A stretch of DNA of 25,686 nt, from the IMG/VR virus record IMGVR_UViG_3300020043_004904, positions 1 to 25,686 of that record; one strand, written 5' to 3'. Shown in pieces: positions 24,371 to 25,686 of the stretch; position 1 is the stretch's first letter; each line of letters opens with the position of its first letter. The position numbers were made by a program, and so were the translations under genes. The notes beneath the pieces were generated by a model. The model searched no databases and was not told the DNA's origin. It saw nothing but the letters and a program-made list of their open reading frames with translations. This DNA comes from a virus (Duplodnaviria; Caudoviricetes).

Positions 24371-24686
24371 CTTTCTGAAACTGCCCCGTGACTTGATTGC
24401 CAAAATCACAAGTGATCCACGATCAATCCGCTTTCTTGAAAACCTGCAATCCCAAGCGTTTGATTTGTTGCCCACAACGATTCAAGAGATTTTGCTGGCC
24501 GTTCAGCAAGCACAAGTCGCCGCTGATGATGCAAAAAGCATGGCGATTCAGGCGATGAGCCAAAAACCTGATGACGCGCTTGGCTTGGTGGGCACTCCAT
24601 TTTATCCAAACGATCAGATGATTGGCTTGGTTTCTGTTTTTGATGCGCCGATTGATGCGCTTGGCTTGGTCGAGGTGTCATTGTGA
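24363..24686 (+). CDS. Hypothetical virion protein (position of the tail needle gene)
   Basis: Synteny; short Ala/Gln coiled-coil segment. Confidence 0.55.
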   Translation: MPNFLKLPRDLIAKITSDPRSIRFLENLQSQAFDLLPTTIQEILLAVQQAQVAADDAKSMAIQAMSQKPDDALGLVGTPFYPNDQMIGLVSVFDAPIDALGLVEVSL

Positions 24687-24982
24687 CCATTGAATACAAA
24701 CAGGCGTATAACGACACGCTAAACGCTGGCAGCAACACGCTGTACACCGCTCCAGCCGGTACGCTTGCCCAGATTCGAGCAGCAACCGCTCACAATCCAA
24801 CGGTATTGCCAGTCGTTTTGGTTGTGTCAGTTGGTGGCAATCAGTTTGTTAAAAAGACACTGGCTGCCGATGCAACACAGATTTTGTCCGAGCTACTCAA
24901 TCATCAGATCAATGCTGCGCAGACCGTCACCGCAACCGGCGAAAATCTGAACATCATCCTATCGGTTGCTGAGGTGGTGTGA
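24683..24982 (+). CDS. Hypothetical virion protein (99 aa)
   Basis: GTGA-coupled; TLYTAPAG motif common in small virion proteins. Confidence 0.6.
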   Translation: MTIEYKQAYNDTLNAGSNTLYTAPAGTLAQIRAATAHNPTVLPVVLVVSVGGNQFVKKTLAADATQILSELLNHQINAAQTVTATGENLNIILSVAEVV

Positions 24983-25440
24983 TGTATTTGGCGCGTGTCT
25001 ACGATGTTGATGTGATCAACAGCATCCTGACACACCCATCTATTGCTGATCAGTTGTGTGATGACCATACGGTTGGTGCAAAGATTCAGGATGCTGAATC
25101 GTTGGAATGGATTGGAGTTCACAAAAACGGCGCGTGTCATGGGGTGTTTCTGCTGATCCCACAAAATACAGTCACAGTAGATATTCACACTGCATTGCTT
25201 CCTGATGTTCGCGGCAAAGAGTCCAAACAGGCGGGTAAGCTGCTGCTTGATCTGATCTTTTCTCGGTACTTCAAGGCGGTCACAAGCGTTCCGTCTAATA
25301 ACCGCGTGGCGGCATGGTTCGCTGGTTCGCTTGGTTTTAAACACGAAGGCGTCAATCGCCAGTCTTTTTTGAAAAATGGTGTTTTGCTCGATCAGGTATT
25401 GATGGGTATGACACGGGAGGAGTGGTTATGCCTGCAGTAG
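24982..25440 (+). CDS. GNAT-fold protein (DUF2824 / P22 gp14-like)
   Basis: DIHTALLPDVRG..VPSNNR..LGFKHEG..LLDQVLMGMTREE. Confidence 0.8.
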   Translation: MYLARVYDVDVINSILTHPSIADQLCDDHTVGAKIQDAESLEWIGVHKNGACHGVFLLIPQNTVTVDIHTALLPDVRGKESKQAGKLLLDLIFSRYFKAVTSVPSNNRVAAWFAGSLGFKHEGVNRQSFLKNGVLLDQVLMGMTREEWLCLQ

Positions 25441-25686
25441 CGGTGGCAGCTGGGTTGGGAGTGGCTGGAAGCGTCATTGGCGGAATACAAGCCAATCGTG
25501 GCGCAAGTAAAGCGGCTAATGCTCAGGTTCAGGCTGCGCAGTTGGGTGTCGAAGAAAATCGACGCCAGTTTGACTTGGTGCAATCCCTTCTCAAGCCTTA
25601 CGTTGAAGGCGGTACGGCTGCATTCAAACAACAGCAGAATCTGTTGGGCGTTGGTGGTGCAGCCGCACAACAACAAGCGATTGGCG
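25428..25686 (+). CDS. Ejection / DNA transfer protein (P22 gp7-like), 3' truncated; not in ORF track
   Basis: MPAVAVAAGLGVAGSVIGG...ASKAANAQ...ENRRQFD...LKPYVEGG; SD GGAGGAG; open to the window end. Confidence 0.8.
   Translation, partial: MPAVAVAAGLGVAGSVIGGIQANRGASKAANAQVQAAQLGVEENRRQFDLVQSLLKPYVEGGTAAFKQQQNLLGVGGAAAQQQAIG

Overview
A contiguous stretch of a P22-like (podovirus-type) tailed phage genome; a gammaproteobacterial, possibly Moraxellaceae, host is my inference only. Gene order: C-terminal part of a tailspike and further tail genes, two membrane proteins plus a GH108 endolysin, a leftward early operon of small hypothetical genes, a Cro-like HTH gene, an inverted block (VRR-NUC-like nuclease, Rha-family regulator), replication initiator with iteron-like repeats, DnaB, ERF, SSB, HNH endonuclease, Gp157, nucleotide-metabolism genes, Q-like antiterminator with late promoter and terminators, TerS, TerL, portal, scaffold, P22-type coat, head-completion genes and the start of an ejection protein. 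No integrase or CI repressor is recognisable where they would normally lie. The outstanding feature is a cas-less type I-F CRISPR mini-array (5 repeats of 28 nt, 4 spacers of 32 nt, 13149-13416). It sits between two related spacer-sized copies of phage sequence 300 bp apart; the upstream copy is preceded by CC, the I-F PAM. This suggests capture of a host array fragment through an anti-phage spacer and/or a self-directed regulatory guide. The array lies in a leader carrying an antisense-type RNA structure that recurs, with co-varied loop and target sequences, in front of the replication gene. Spacer 3 translates to the terminase small subunit motif NGTQAAIRAG, pointing to phage-phage competition. 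Product calls come from motif recognition and synteny, not database searches.
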